Of a stretch of 64,000 bases of DNA, positions 24,447-36,174 are shown in pieces. This stretch comes from Felis catus (lineage: Eukaryota), in assembly GCF_018350175.1 (NCBI RefSeq), contig NC_058386.1, positions 14,384,001 to 14,448,000 on the forward strand, given 5' to 3'. Positions within the stretch are counted from its first letter, which is position 1, and every line of letters starts with the position of its first letter. A program made the translations under genes and the position numbers. Below the pieces are notes generated by a model. That model ran no database searches. It had not been told where the DNA came from and was given only the letters and a program-made list of their open reading frames with translations.

Positions 24447-24656
24447 TCCTCATTGCATTTTTAAGAAGCACTAGAAGTGTTACAAGAGGATGGGGCTGGC
24501 TACATCACATGGTGTCTTGTATTTAAATAGTCTTACACAGAAGAGCTCAGAGATTATCCAAAGGGCAAAGCAGAACCCAGAACTGAGAACAGCCTTGTTC
24601 ACAGCTGCAGGAAGATCATCTAATGCCCAGGAGGAATATGTGCAGAGAAAGAGTGT

Positions 24657-25342
24657 GATTTTTTTTGTTGTTGTTGAGAGAGAGAGAGCGAGCGATCAGG
24701 AGAGGGAGAGNNNNNNNNNNNNNNNNNNNNNNNNNNNNNNNNNNNNNNNNNNNNNNNNNNNNNNNNNNNNNNNNNNNNNNNNNNNNNNNNNNNNNNNNNN
24801 NNNNNNNNNNNNNNNNNNNNNNNNNNNNNNNNNNNNNNNNNNNNNNNNNNNNNNNNNNNNNNNNNNNNNNNNNNNNNNNNNNNNNNNNNNNNNNNNNNNN
24901 NNNNNNNNNNNNNNNNNNNNNNNNNNNNNNNNNNNNNNNNNNNNNNNNNNNNNNNNNNNNNNNNNNNNNNNNNNNNNNNNNNNNNNNNNNNNNNNNNNNN
25001 NNNNNNNNNNNNNNNNNNNNNNNNNNNNNNNNNNNNNNNNNNNNNNNNNNNNNNNNNNNNNNNNNNNNNNNNNNNNNNNNNNNNNNNNNNNNNNNNNNNN
25101 NNNNNNNNNNNNNNNNNNNNNNNNNNNNNNNNNNNNNNNNNNNNNNNNNNNNNNNNNNNNNNNNNNNNNNNNNNNNNNNNNNNNNNNNNNNNNNNNNNNN
25201 NNNNNNNNNNNNNNNNNNNNNNNNNNNNNNNNNNNNNNNCCACACAGAGCCCGAGGAGGGGCTTGATCTCACAACAGTGAGATCATGACCTGAGCCAAAA
25301 TCAAGAGTTGAACACTTAACCAAATGAACCACCCAGGCGCCT
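24657..25342 (-). mobile_element. CAN-SINE(s) spanning gap
   Basis: T/(GA)n tail before gap, head ...aaccacccaggcgcct after gap. Confidence 0.85.
24711..25239. other. Assembly gap (N run)
   Basis: N bases. Confidence 1.
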
Positions 25343-25739
25343 CATGATTATTTTTACTTTGTCCCATAACCAATTTATTAATTTCAACAATTATGTTTTC
25401 TTAATATTCACACACTAATACTAACACAAACAAAAATTATTTTCTAAATTTCCTGACGATAACCTCTTATTATTTTAAGTACCCCGCCCCCTGGTTTGTG
25501 AATAACATGGCAGGGATAAGAACTCTAAGATAAAAAGGGGAGAGGACTGTGTTGTCACTGCAGCCCAGCCACTGGGCAAGTGTAAGACCTTAACTGTCTG
25601 GACCACAGTTACTTTGATTATGAAATGGGGAGGAGGAAGAACATAGAGCTCTGGATTTTATGACATTTGAAGTCTTGCTCAGGTCTATCCTTCTATTTTA
25701 CGAAAACTGCATCCTTTTACTCTCCTCACTTCCAAATGC

Positions 25740-26118
25740 CAACTACATTTTGTGTGAGGGCTATCTCTAGCCATTGAGGCCAAATTTGTCTAGGCACCGA
25801 TGTGGCAGGATGGAAGTACCAGGGAATGAACCTGATTTGGAAGGAGTCATCCTCCAAAAATACTGAAGAGTGGTGTATAAATACCCCAGTTCTCTCACCT
25901 TCAGGTGTGTGTTTTACACTGTCTCCCCAGAATTTCCCTGTGAGATCAAGTTCTACTCAACCAACATGGTGTTTGACTTCATAATACACCCTTGGTTCGC
26001 TACCTTCCCTTCCCTGTCTCACTTCCTCGCTTCCTTACAGTCTCCTTCATCACCCAAAGAAACTATTTATACCAGAATCCTTGTCTCAACATCTTCTGGG
26101 TGAACTTAAAGTAAGACA
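25740..26118 (+). mobile_element. ERVL LTR (LTR16/ERV3-16A3-LTR-like)
   Basis: ccttcccttccctgtctcacttc...aatccttgtctca...ttctgggtgaacttaaagtaagaca terminus. Confidence 0.8.
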
Positions 26119-26710
26119 AAACCCCACAAACCGAACACTGCGGTGATAGGCTTCTTTAAAGCTGCAGAAGAATGGTCCCCCCACCCCAGATGTGAATTTT
26201 AAGGAATTTAGTAGATAATGTGAACAGGGGAAGGCTCATTGCCACCCAGACACAAAGCTGAGGGCAAGACCACTTAACCAACTCCTCTTCTCCTCTGACC
26301 AGAATGGCACTCCCTTTAGGCATTCAAACTGCTAAAAACGCACAAGAAATAGGAGATTGGACAACTTGCACCATCTGGCTAAATCTAGCCTGGTGTCTGG
26401 GAGACACACTAAATTTGCTGCATACTCCATTAAGGAAGATAATGAAATGGTCACTTTTCAAAGATTCGAATTAAGCCATTGGTTAAGGGGCCATCCCCCC
26501 AATTTGATGGGAGAGACTTTGAAATCTGCTGTTTCAAACGGTTTTCACTATCAGCTATATTCTACACTTTCCTCTGAAGGGATCACTGTGAGGCTTTTTT
26601 GTGTATGATCTAGAGAAAAACAGTAATTGGCTACTTTTGATCTCAAAGAAGGCTTTCCCTTCACTTCTGTTCCTCTCGTCTTCTCTCAGTGTAGAGGTGT
26701 CGTGGGACTG

Positions 26711-27186
26711 TGTAGCAGACACTGTTGAGGGATACCCAATGTTCATTCTCACCCTTCTCCCTTCTCCATCGTTGCCCAAAGAGCCTGGAAAAGTCAGAGA
26801 CTCACTTCTCCGGTTTCCCTTATACAAAGGTGACCATTTTACTTCAGTCTGACCAATGAGACTAACGGGAAATCTGCTGGGGAGCTTTACAAACGGAGAG
26901 AAGTTTGTGAAGAGACCTCCTTTCCTGTCCACCCCTTCCTATGCAGACGTAGTAGTTGGAGGCTTAGTAGCCATCTTGTGACCAGGAGGAGAGACTTCGC
27001 CAGAGCACTGAGAATGGGCAAGAGGGAGAGTAGAAGGACTCTGGGTCAGTGAAGTGCCACCAAACTGCCAGATCAACTCTGAGACCACCCACCTCCTTGT
27101 TAAATAATAAATATCCCATTAGGTTTAAGCCACCATTTATGAGATTTTTTTTTTTTTTGGCTGCCAAAATGATTCCCAACCAGTAT
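26711..27186 (+). mobile_element. MLT1K/L-like MaLR solo LTR
   Basis: tgtagcagacactgttg start; tctgaccaatgagac; gccatcttgtgacca; ggtttaagccac near end. Confidence 0.8.
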
Positions 27187-27319
27187 AAATTTTTTAAAGT
27201 AAATTTTTAAAATTGAAGTATAACATACATATATAAATATGTACAAATTGTAAGTACTGAAGAATTTTCACAGAATGTTTTTTGTTTTTAAACCTCCATT
27301 ACCTAAATGCTTTCAAAAC

Positions 27320-27548
27320 AGGCATACCGCTTAACAGCACAGACTCCGGAGCCAGATTGATAACTTCAAAACCCAGATCCACTACTCACTAATTTGACTA
27401 TTTAACTTCTCTGGGACTTGGTTTTCTCACTTGCAATACAGGAATGACAATATTATCTATTGCAAGGGGTTTTTGTTAGTATTACATACATTATTTTTTA
27501 AAATGTATGTGTCTGGCACATAGTAGGTGCTAATATGTATTTGTGAAA
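27320..27548 (+). mobile_element. MIR SINE
   Basis: agcacagactccggagccagattg...tttaacttctctg...tctggcacatagtaggtgct. Confidence 0.85.
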
Positions 27549-27786
27549 TATAATGTTACTGGGGTCTAACCCAGGAGGAAAGTAAAGTGGAAAAGACCTT
27601 GGAAAGAGGGTGAGTAGGTGTTTTGAGGGCTGTCCCTCACCTCTGGCCTGCAATGATCTTGGAAGCTAAAGTGCCTAATGAACTAGTAAATGCTAAAATG
27701 ATTTCACAGCCTAGAGCTGTATAATGGAGTTACAGACCTTTAGTGCCTCAGAAAGGTTTTAAAATGTCTCCTGTCTGGTAGTGCTT

Positions 27787-27983
27787 TTTTTTTTTTTTTT
27801 TTTTTTTTTTTTTGAGAAACAGAGCTGAGGAGAGGGGCAAAGGGAGACAGAGAGAGAATCTTAAGTAGGCTCCATGCTCAGTGCAGAGTCTGATAGGGGG
27901 CTTGATCCCACAACTCTGGGATCATGACCTGAGCTGAAATCACAAGCTAAATGCTCAACCGACTGAGCCACCCAGGCGCCCTT
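27787..27983 (-). mobile_element. CAN-SINE
   Basis: Long pure T tail, head gactgagccacccaggcgccc. Confidence 0.95.
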
Positions 27984-28000
27984 CCTGTCTGGTAGTTCTT

Positions 28001-28147
28001 TTTTTTTTTTTTTTTTTAAATGTTTGTTTGTTTAGAGAGAGAGGGAGGGAATCCCAAATAGCTCTGCGGTGTTAGCGAACTGTGAGATCATGACCTGAGT
28101 CAAAATCAAGAGTCAAACCCTTAACCGACTGAGCCAGCCAGGCACCC
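28001..28147 (-). mobile_element. CAN-SINE, internally deleted
   Basis: T tail, gagatcatgacctgag...gagccagccaggcacccc. Confidence 0.92.
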
Positions 28148-28154
28148 CCTGTCT

Positions 28155-28310
28155 GATAGTGCTTAACTGGAATCTGGAACCCGCCACCCTTGGTGCAGCA
28201 TACAACATGAGCATAAATGGGCATATGTGTGGTTTTACTGAGGAGAGGATCGAGAGTTTTCATCAGATTCTGAGAGGAACGCATAACCCAGAAAAGGTTC
28301 AAACTACTTA
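28155..28310. mobile_element. hAT-Charlie-type MITE remnant
   Basis: ttttcatcagattctgagagga...acccagaaaaggttcaaactact terminus. Confidence 0.55.
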
Positions 28311-30126
28311 CTAGTTCATCTACCCGACATTCTATCTGTGGCCCAGAGAGAGGCCATCTGAATTATCACATTTAACTTTATTTACATGTCCCTAGAAGAA
28401 AAATTAGGTCAATGAAATGTTTTTCTACTCCAAAATCCTAGAATAATTCCAATGTAAGGAACTTAGTCACTTTCAAATAGAATCCTGCTGCATTTACAGA
28501 TGAGAAATCCAAGTTGTACTGAGGTTACTATGACCTATTCGGCATCCCAGAGAGAAACAGAGCTGCAGTTGACCAGTTGTCTTGGCTCAGAATTGAATTT
28601 CCCCCCACAGAAATACTTTGGTGACAAAAACCCCCACCAGCTCATTTCATGGGCTGGCCCTGGTCACAGTTGTTAAATGCTCCACACTGGAGCCCTTTAA
28701 GTGTGGTTGCTAAGGGCAGCCAGGACCAAGGGGATTCAAACATTCTATCCCTTTCATTGCTATAAGCTTTGGAGTGATCATAATTAGCTCCACATCTCAT
28801 GTGTATCATAGGGAAAAACGGGAAAATAAAGCTGATTTTTCTACCAACCCAATTTATCATCTTCCTGGGAAGCTGTTTTACCATTTTCTTTGTGCTCCTT
28901 CCTCTGCTGTGATAAATCTTTAAGAACTCCTCTCTCAGTGCCATCCATGTGTGTCCCCAATTATGAGTATAAGAGGCACAGAAATACCAAACGCAAATAT
29001 ATGAAATGGAAGTTATATATAATCTGTACAAACTAAACAGTTTCGAAAGACAGATTGCTCTTTCTAGGGTGGGGGTGGTCGGGGGTGGTGAGTGACACTG
29101 ATGCCAAACACGAGTTAATATATTTACCCATGAGAACCCGCCTGGCTCTGGTATTAGGTTCTGATTAAACAAGGTTTTTTTGTGGGTTTCAAGTAAGTTG
29201 AGAGGCAAACTTGGATGTCCTGGCTCACAGCTCTAAGACTTGCCTGCTGCTGGAATGATTTTCTCATTTCTACTGGGTTTTTGATTAATGTCATACCTGA
29301 ATTGGCAGCAGATCTGGACCATTTTATTTCTGCGGGAAGGAAGGGGGGACAAGATGAAAAGGAGAACAGACTTGTATAACTGGGGCCACATTAGCCTGGC
29401 TGCAATTTAAGATTCAAAGGTCACTCAGACTTTTTGTGAAATATAATGCCACAAAAAAATGTATTTTTCCCAGCAGTGATTGACAATCACATTTTTATTA
29501 CCAGAGGAGGAAGGTTTTAGCTGTGGTTGCTGATTGTAGGACATAAAAATAACAAATCTAAGTATAGTCTTTATTCCGTATTAATTTTTATTTTTATTTT
29601 TTGGTTGTATCACTTTTCACCCTCAAGCCTCATCTTACCCCCACCCCTTTTCCTACCCAAAGGCCAGAACACACAGCTTTCTTACTCAGCTTCAGGCTTA
29701 CAGTGATGTCTTTGGGTCATAAAACACACGGCCAGTGCAAAGCCGGGGAACCCAGCCCAAAGGAAGAGCCAAGGGCCCACTCACAGGGAGACGTCTCGGG
29801 GAGGCTGTGTGGGTGACCTTTCCACCTGAGGCGGAGAACACACAACATGACTAAACTGAAAGGGGGTCACTCTCGAGTGGGTAGGCCAGAGGAGGGACAC
29901 TTAGTGCTGAGAAATCAACTGTCTTCTTGAAGCTTCCAGGCCCCGTGGGGAAGACCGCTTCTTCTCCCCACTGCCTCTCTCACCCACCACTCCATCCACC
30001 TGCACTTTTCTCATTTAAGGCTTAGGCTAGTCCATTTCCAGCAGATTTAGATAAATTGGAAGGGCTGAGAAGAGGGAGGGAGGGAAGAGAACAGTGAGGG
30101 AGTCAGTGGAGAAAAATACACTTAAC

Positions 30127-30578
30127 AGCAGTGCCTCCTTATCCACGGTTTCACTGCCCAGGGTTTCTGTTACCCACAGTCAACTGCAATCAGAAAGCAG
30201 CTAACCCTCCTTCTGACCTATGCTCAGAAGGTCAGCAGTAGCCTAACGCTGTGTCACAGTATCTATGCCATTCACCTTTCTTCTTGTCATCACGTAGGCA
30301 TTTTATCATGTCACACCATCACAAGAAGGGTGAGTGCAGATATTTTGAGAGAGAGAGAGAGGCCACATTCACATAACTTTTGTTTCAGTAACTGTCATCA
30401 TTGTTCTATTAGTTATTACTGTTAATCTCTTACTGGGTCTAATTTATAAATCGAACTCATCACGGGTATGTATGGCTAGAAAAACCCATAGTATACATAC
30501 GTTTCGGTGCTACCCATGGTTTCAGGTACCCACTGGGGGTCTTGGAACATATCCTCTGCAGATAAGGGGGGGCTACTG
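30127..30578. mobile_element. MER44/Tigger7-like TcMar element
   Basis: TIRs cagcagtgcctccttatcc / gataagggggggctactg; agaagggtgagtgc...gagagaccacattcacataactttt-like internal text. Confidence 0.88.
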
Positions 30579-31572
30579 TCAATTTTTCTCTGGGAAAAGG
30601 AATCATATATTTTGGAATCCCCCAAAGAGCAGTATAGGTAGCTAGATCCAGGCTACTATCATTTCCCTCCTCCAAGTTGGCCAGGGAGGCAATTTTAGGC
30701 TATTTCCACATAAACATTTGCCTTAACTCATAGGAGTTTTTATAAAGGCATATTCTATTAAAGGCGGCAGAAACTCCAAATACGTTAATTAAATTACTTA
30801 ATCACTGAAACTAATACCAACAGCAGCCAAGCCGGATTCCCAGAGGATCTACTAGCTTCCTCAAAATGAGGGACGGTTTACGCTGTACTACCAGGTATGG
30901 AAGGAAGCAATTGGTGACTGAGCCCACGAGCCTCAGAGTGCACAGTAGAGTCATATCTCACGGTAAGATATGGTGAGCCTTCTCATTCTGTCGATCTTCC
31001 CCTTTGGGTATACTTGTTTCTCAGGGCCTGAACACCCATAAGCAGCTTTTAAAAATACCCAAGTGCGGGACAAAGTCAACTCTGAATCTTGCAAATGCCT
31101 CCTTGCATCTCCCTTAAATACTGTTCCTGTCTGACTACTTCGAGTCCACAAGTGTTTGATCCAAAGGCTATTTGTTGGATGCCCCTCCAAAGGGCTGTTC
31201 TTCTCTCCCGGACTGTTTCCAGAGCCCTGAAGCGAGCTCTTGGGAATCCCGAGCCTGTCGCCAGCAGACCTAGCACACTAAAGGTTTCTGGAGCCCATTA
31301 GTGCTGCATGAGGTGGACTGGCGGGAGGTGCAAATGCAGGTTCCGCAGGTCCAGATCCAGGAAGTAAACACGCCCAACATTAGTGTAGCAAGTGTGTCCT
31401 GGACTCTGCAGAAGACCTCTTCCTTCAGGAAGCCTCCACACATGCATGGAACAAAGGTTTTCTTTCCCTGCCTCTCAGCCCAGCGGTACAGGCTTTAGTT
31501 GTGACCAAACCCTGACCTCTAATGATGGCCATTAGGTCTCCCCACCCCCTGCCCTGGTTTTTGAGCACAAAA

Positions 31573-31704
31573 NNNNNNNNNNNNNNNNNNNNNNNNNNNN
31601 NNNNNNNNNNNNNNNNNNNNNNNNNNNNNNNNNNNNNNNNNNNNNNNNNNNNNNNNNNNNNNNNNNNNNNNNNNNNNNNNNNNNNNNNNNNNNNNNNNNN
31701 NNNN
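31573..31704. other. Assembly gap (N run)
   Basis: N bases. Confidence 1.
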
Positions 31705-32343
31705 AAAGAACAGCCAATGGATCATGCTGTCACAGAACACAGCCCAGTAAAATAGCCCTTGCAGGGGGCCTTCTCCCAGCCCCGCAGAGCACATCTTCTG
31801 GAAGTTGCTTTACAGTGGGGAAGCCAGAAGTCAGTGGCCGTGATGTGTAGTGTGATCCTAGGGTGATGGGGAATGGACGTCACTGCTCCCCCTTGTTTGG
31901 GAAAGAGCGAGGACGTGAGATGAACACAAATGACGGTGACTGGCACGAGAAAATTGCTACCTTTGTCTGGATTTTTTGGTATTTAGAAGGAAGGCAAAAG
32001 AAGAGATATGACAGACTACTTGGAAAAACCCGAATTAACTCTTCATTTGCTACATAGTTTAGCTGAAGTCATGCTCCAGGCCCTATCAGGTAGCAGACAT
32101 TCCTTGGGTCTCGCATCCATTTTGAATACTGGAAATCAAAATAAAAACTGCCCTATCTTTTTCTCATACGTCTGAACACTTAGGCCAGTTTGAATAAGAG
32201 CATTTCCATGTTGGCATCAACTTTGCTGATGGAAGAGATGAAAGTCTTCTCCCCAAATATCTGCAATTAAACCATAAGAGAAATGGAAATGTGATGAGAT
32301 TTCAAAGTCAGATGTCTTGAGAATTTCCTAAACTAGCAGAATA

Positions 32344-32470
32344 ATTCCACATTAACGACCAAGAATACCCTAGGGGTTCCAGACCTGTCCAGACCATTTT
32401 GATGCCAATTCAGTTCATTATTTGGACAGGTCTGGAACCCTTAGAATAGTCTTGATCATTATTATGGACT
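32344..32470. repeat. Long imperfect inverted repeat (~48-bp arms, 31-nt loop)
   Basis: Perfect 18-bp core gggttccagacctgtcca (32374-32391) / tggacaggtctggaaccc (32423-32440), extends outward with mismatches. Confidence 0.92.
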
Positions 32471-32547
32471 TAACCTGTCTCTTCAGGGAGTGCTCAAGGC
32501 GTCAGATTTTGAAATCTCACCAATTTTCCATTATTCTCATGTTGAGA

Positions 32548-32775
32548 AACACATGCATTATGAAGCCAGAGCCCTGGATTTAAATTCCAACTCCACCAAT
32601 TACTAAGCTGTGTGACTTTGAGAAAGTGAACTGACCTCTCTGCTTCTTGTTATCTTCATTTGTAAAATGGGGATCTTAATAGCAACTACCTAATAGGGTT
32701 GTTAGTAAGATTAAATGAATTAATAAGGTGCATAAAGCAGTGCCGTCTCACAATAAGTGCCATAAGAAGTTGTGA
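32548..32775 (+). mobile_element. MIR SINE
   Basis: gctgtgtgactttgagaaagt...catttgtaaaatgggga...agggttgttagtaagattaaatga. Confidence 0.88.
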
Positions 32776-33499
32776 GGCAAATAAATAGAAATCCAAGTTT
32801 ATATGGTGTCTCAGAAGCTGTTTTTCACCAACTACTTGAATTTCAAAATCAGCTTCTACCCCTTCCCCAAGCACTTGCAGGGTGCTCTCAGACCACAACT
32901 TCAGGAAGTTGAACCCCACATGAGCAAGAGTGTACTTGTCACAGCAGCTCCCGTGCCCGAGGTGTGTGCAAAAACTCAGATGCTTTGGTGAAAAGGACCA
33001 AGTGACAGCCTGAGCAGAAAGCAACTCTACTCCACAACGAAATTCGCAACTGTTGGACTTGGGGCTTATGTCTGTTTCTCTGCTAGACTGTGGGACTAAT
33101 AATGGCCTTGACCTTCTTAGATAAGGGGCACCTATCCCAGATGGATTTTTGGTCCTGGGTTAGCTGTCCCGAGGAAAAACCCATGAGAGGCAGTGAATTG
33201 AAGCATGGAGAATTTCTGAAAGGCAGGACAGAAGACACTGAGGACAAATATATTGCTGCCTCCCCAAAGGTACTGGAAGTGATAAGGGTGTGTTTGGCGT
33301 GGAGGCATTTGCCCCTCTTGCCTTTGTTGTGAAAAAGTAGGAAGACACTCATGGCTTACCCCTTGGAAACTTTCAGGAAGTGAAACATGGTCTCATTTTT
33401 ATCTCCAAATTTACCGAGAGAATTGTAGATCACAATTCCCACTGCCTCCCTCCCTGGCTCTAGTTAGGTAGCTTTTTAGTCTGTGGTGGGGAGGAGTTT

Positions 33500-34160
33500 T
33501 TCTTTTTATTAATATTTCTTTTTTAAATAATGAATGCACATGATCCAACTTTTTTAAAGTATAAAAGGCTATACTTTTCCTTCCACTTCTGTCCCCAGCC
33601 ATACAGTTTCTTTCCCTGTAGGCAATTAATATTACCCATTCCTTATGTTTCCTTTCAGGGAGATTTTCTTTATATACAAACAAATGTGCGCATGCGCGCA
33701 CGGGCGAGCGCGCATGCGCGCACGGGCGAGCGCGCGTGCGCACACACACACACTCATAAGCACATTCCCTCTGAAAGTGTTTTGCCAACTTACACAATAC
33801 AAATTCCACTCTACATTTTTTTACACTTCACAATATGTCTTGGAGGGTTGTTCCCATTCATGCAAGAGTTTCTTAATCCTTTTTCCATGGCCATATAGAA
33901 TTCTACTATATAGAGGTAGTACAGTTTACCTCTATTCTCTCTGGAAGATCCTTTAAGTTGTTTCAAATATTTTGCTACTATCAACAGTGCTACAGTGAAT
34001 AACCCTGTCCACACACCACTTTGCACAAATGTGGAAGAGTGTGTCTGTAGAAGGGCAATCGTTGGTTCAAAGGGGATCCCCATTTCTAATTTCGATAGAT
34101 CTTGTCAAGTTGCCTGGTGAAAGAGTTTTACCAATTTTATGCTTCCACCATCTATGAAAG
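33500..34160 (-). mobile_element. Old L1ME 3' fragment
   Basis: ttttacacttcacaatatgtcttggag...ttaagttgtttcaaatattttgctactatcaacagtgctacagtgaataaccctgt. Confidence 0.75.
33688..33753. repeat. CpG-rich 22-bp tandem repeat (2 copies + partial) joined to (CA)n
   Basis: gcgcatgcgcgcacgggcgagc at 33688-33709 and 33710-33731, then gcgcgtgcgca(ca)n. Confidence 0.95.
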
Positions 34161-34524
34161 GGCCTATTCCTGAGGTGGGGGGTTTGACGTGAAAAACTAC
34201 ACACTCAAGGTATCCAAGATGCTGCCCTCTGCTCAGGGATAAAATTCAGCAAACCCCGTTTTCAGATTCTTGGTGTGAAGGGCAGATAAAATTCAGATGA
34301 TCTCAGATTATCCACTTACATTTTAATGGGAGTGCTGGAGACCAGGGATGCCTGACGGGGTGGTGGGTAGAAAATGTCTTCTTTCCAACCAGACACAAGA
34401 AGAGGTGTGCCAACTGGATGGTTCTATAGGACTCCACAACTGATCCTTGAAAAGATTCTCCCAGCAGCTGGAGGTCAAGTCAAACCCTCTTTTTCAAATT
34501 CAGATGCAAACAATCCAGCTTTTT

Positions 34525-34757
34525 AAAATAATTTTTTAATGTTTATTTATTTTTGAGAGAGAGAGACAGCGTGAGCAGGGGTAGGGCAGAAAGAGAGGGA
34601 TACACCAAATCCAAAGCAGGCTCCAAGCTCCAAGCTTTCAGCACAGAGCCTGACACGGGGCTTGAACCCAAGAACCATGAGATCACGACCTGAGCTGAAG
34701 TTGGACACTCAACTGACTGAGCCACCCAGCTTTTAAACCTCCAAAAGCTGGTGCCTC
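34525..34757 (-). mobile_element. CAN-SINE with small hairpin insertion in head
   Basis: TSD caaac(a/c)atccagctttt at both ends. Confidence 0.92.
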
Positions 34758-35024
34758 CAAACCATCCAGCTTTTAATGGGGCCAAGGCAGAAAGTTCTTG
34801 CTTGTGACCAGGCATCTTTGTTTTAGGGCAGCCATGACTGGTCATCATGTAGCCCAATCACAGCCCCATTACCTCATTTGAAGTGGGTTCACCAGACTAG
34901 CTCTTCCTTCAACAGTCATCTCAAACAGCAAGCCACTGTGATTTCTGGACAGAAACTTCTCCCAGAACCACTGCAAGGAATACATGTCCCTTGTGTTTCA
35001 AGTATGTAACTTTCATCTTTCTGA

Positions 35025-35450
35025 GAAAGGTGGCTAAGGGCAAGGACTGCAGAGCCAGACTTTCTGGGTTTGAATCCTGGCTCTGCTACTTGCCAGCTGT
35101 GTGATATTGGGCAAGTTGCTTCACCTGTGTAGGCTGCCAGATTAAATACAGGATGCCCAGTTAAATTTGTATTTCAGATAAATGACAAATAACTTTTTAG
35201 CATAAGTATGTTCCAAATGTTGCATGGGACATATTAAATAAACAACTGAAAATATTTGTTGTTTGTCTGAAATTCAAATTTAACTGGGCATCCTGTAGTT
35301 TTACTTGCTAAATCTTGCAACCCTACTCTGTTCCTTAGTCTCCTCACCTATAACCACCTCATAGGGTTGTTACAAGGATTAAATGAAAGAGTGTTTTAAA
35401 GTGTAATAGAACAGTCCCCGAACATCATAAATGCTACCTAAGATTTCTTT
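35025..35450 (+). mobile_element. MIR SINE interrupted by MER53
   Basis: gggtttgaatcctggctctgctacttgccagctgtgtgatattgggcaagtt... resumes ...cctcatagggttgttacaaggattaaatga. Confidence 0.88.
35130..35324. mobile_element. MER53 palindromic hAT MITE
   Basis: tgccagattaaatacaggatgcccagttaaatttg...caaatttaactgggcatcctgta...aatcttgcaacccta. Confidence 0.93.
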
Positions 35451-36174
35451 AAAATAAAGACATGTCATCTTGATTCAACATACATGAGGACTCTATTATT
35501 TCCATTTTTTTCACCAAGATGAGGAGGGTGGGAATTATTAAATATACGGTGAGTGTTAAGGAGACTTGGGGTTAAAAAAACAATTTGACAAAGGATGTTC
35601 TGGAACAGGTAGAAGATCTGGAGTTCACTGATGCTTTGGTCCAAGAACAGAGGCCTTGTTGTTCTGTATGATTAGGGGCAAGGATGAAACAATGCTCTGT
35701 GGGGCAGCAGGCCAAACTGGGGATTGAGCATCAGGGGCAATGACAGCAGTGGGGAGGGGCAAAGGGACTCTGGCGGATGGTGTGAGACCTTCGGGGGAGC
35801 AGCTCATTTCACATCAGACATCAGGCCGGCACAAAAGAGCAGCAATGGCAGGAATGGGGCTGCCAAGGGCCGTGTCCATGACCACGAGGAAGGGAGAGGA
35901 AGGGCATTTGCAGGGAGAGAAGCCAGAGCTAGAATCCTCTAGGAGAGGTGGACAGGGTGTTCTCAAGAGGCAAACTCCTAGCCTCAGGAAGCCTTGTGCA
36001 GACTTTAAAGTTTTGCACCGTTCAGGCAGAGCTCAGAATTTGGCTCACCTTCCTCTGATGGGGAAGCACAATGAAAAGTGCGGACAATGTTATTTACACA
36101 GGCCACTGAGGAAGGCCTGGATGGCAGAAGCCCGAGGAAGAGGCACACAGGTGCCCTCAGAGGTGAAGGTTTCT

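Noticed and set aside
24490-25332. Long ORFs of 207-258 aa (and similar at 1.9-2.3, 31.5-31.8, 47.3-47.9 kb)
   Set aside because: Open only because they run through N gaps
27770-28164. CRISPR-like repeat-spacer pattern
   Set aside because: Repeats are TSDs around SINEs in a mammalian genome; no cas genes
28642-29208. 188-aa minus-strand ORF
   Set aside because: Non-ATG start, no homology I recognise, no splice support
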